Below, one piece after another: positions 63,344 through 64,000 of a DNA stretch of 64,000 bases. Each line of letters opens with the position of its first letter. Positions within the stretch are counted from its first letter, which is position 1. This stretch comes from a virus: the IMG/VR virus record IMGVR_UViG_3300020430_000009; one strand, given 5' to 3'. Position numbers and translations under genes: made by a program. The notes beneath the pieces were generated by a model. That model saw nothing but the letters and a program-made list of their open reading frames with translations, was not told the origin of the DNA and made no database searches.

Positions 63344-64000
63344 ATTTTCAAGTTACGATGAGGCCATCGACGAGTTGCTCGAAAACGAAGGCCTTAAAAA
63401 GAAAGCAGCTAAATCTGGCATCTCTTATGGTACTTTGAAAAAAGTCTATAATAGAGGAATGGCTGCTTGGAGAACTGGTCATAGGCCAGGGACTACTCCA
63501 CAGCAGTGGGGAATGGCTAGAGTTAACTCTTATATTGGTAAGGGTAAAGGTACTTATTACGGCGCAGATTCTGATCTAAGCGGTAAGGGTAAAAAGAAAA
63601 AGAACGAAGCCCTTGATAAAAAAGATGTCAGTACAGTTAAAGGGGTGATCAAAGGATTGAAGAAAGCTGTTGCTACTCATAGTAGTCAAGTTAAAACGCT
63701 AACTAAAGACATTAAAGATGATGTCGCAGCAGTAAAACAAAATAAGCCGCTTCAAAAGAAATTAGATAATCTTTATGGCCCAAAGAAAAAATCTCCGGAT
63801 CATCTTACTATCGCCAAAGCAAAAAAAGCATTTGCTCCTACTAAAGGCGGCGCTGATGTTAAAAAAGAAGCGATGTCTCCTGCAGATAAAGCAGCGCATG
63901 ATAGAGCTATTGCGGCATTTAAAGCCAAAGGCGGAAAGATTAAAAAACTTCCACCAGGGAAAGCTCAAGGTTATCACGGTAAGTCAGATCCAGCAGCCGG
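63336..64000 (+). CDS. Lys-rich late protein (3' truncated; not in ORF track)
   Basis: MLKFSSYDE...KVYNRGMAAWRTGHRPGTTPQQWGMARVNS; frame open to the window end. Confidence 0.75.
   Translation, partial: MLKFSSYDEAIDELLENEGLKKKAAKSGISYGTLKKVYNRGMAAWRTGHRPGTTPQQWGMARVNSYIGKGKGTYYGADSDLSGKGKKKKNEALDKKDVSTVKGVIKGLKKAVATHSSQVKTLTKDIKDDVAAVKQNKPLQKKLDNLYGPKKKSPDHLTIAKAKKAFAPTKGGADVKKEAMSPADKAAHDRAIAAFKAKGGKIKKLPPGKAQGYHGKSDPAA

Noticed and set aside
1-64000. CRISPR array, integrase/transposase, intron or intein, stop-codon recoding
   Set aside because: I saw no regularly spaced repeats and no recombinase motifs. gp43, gp41, thyX, uvsX and gp17 are uninterrupted and of normal length, and genes read through correctly in the standard code with TAA, TGA and TAG all used as stops.

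Overview
The window is a 64-kb slice of an AT-rich T4-like myophage genome with no CRISPR array or host DNA evident. It runs from the C-terminal part of terminase gp17 through the tail/head module (gp18-gp23, gp3), uvsY/uvsW, gp55/47/46/45/44/62/regA, gp43, a non-DnaG primase, uvsX/gp41 and thyX, then accessory regions. The host is probably a (marine) alphaproteobacterium, inferred from a permuted two-piece tmRNA with tag ANDNFAPQEFAQAA, a ROSE-like thermometer before hsp20, and DUF1127-like, pseudoazurin, BMP and zf-CHCC genes. The best candidate for an undescribed system is a cytosine hypermodification operon at 29.1-36.7 kb. It joins a T4 gp42-type dCMP hydroxymethylase to a myo-inositol-1-phosphate synthase plus HAD phosphatase, an aGPT-Pplase-like HhH protein, a beta-glucosyltransferase-like/SGNH hybrid and a C5-methyltransferase with a degenerate SAM motif; this suggests an inositol- or sugar-decorated cytosine. 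Other highlights: several enzymes carry a T4 capsid-targeting-like N-terminus (including an RNA-ligase-fold plus HIGH-nucleotidyltransferase pair); a radical-SAM/Fe-oxygenase cluster; three tRNAs; an unannotated 40-aa metallothionein-like ORF; a structured RNA leader with a small ORF; and recurrent early (TTTACA-N16/17-TATAAT) and late (TATAAATA) promoters. All family calls come from motif reading and memory of the families; no database search was run.
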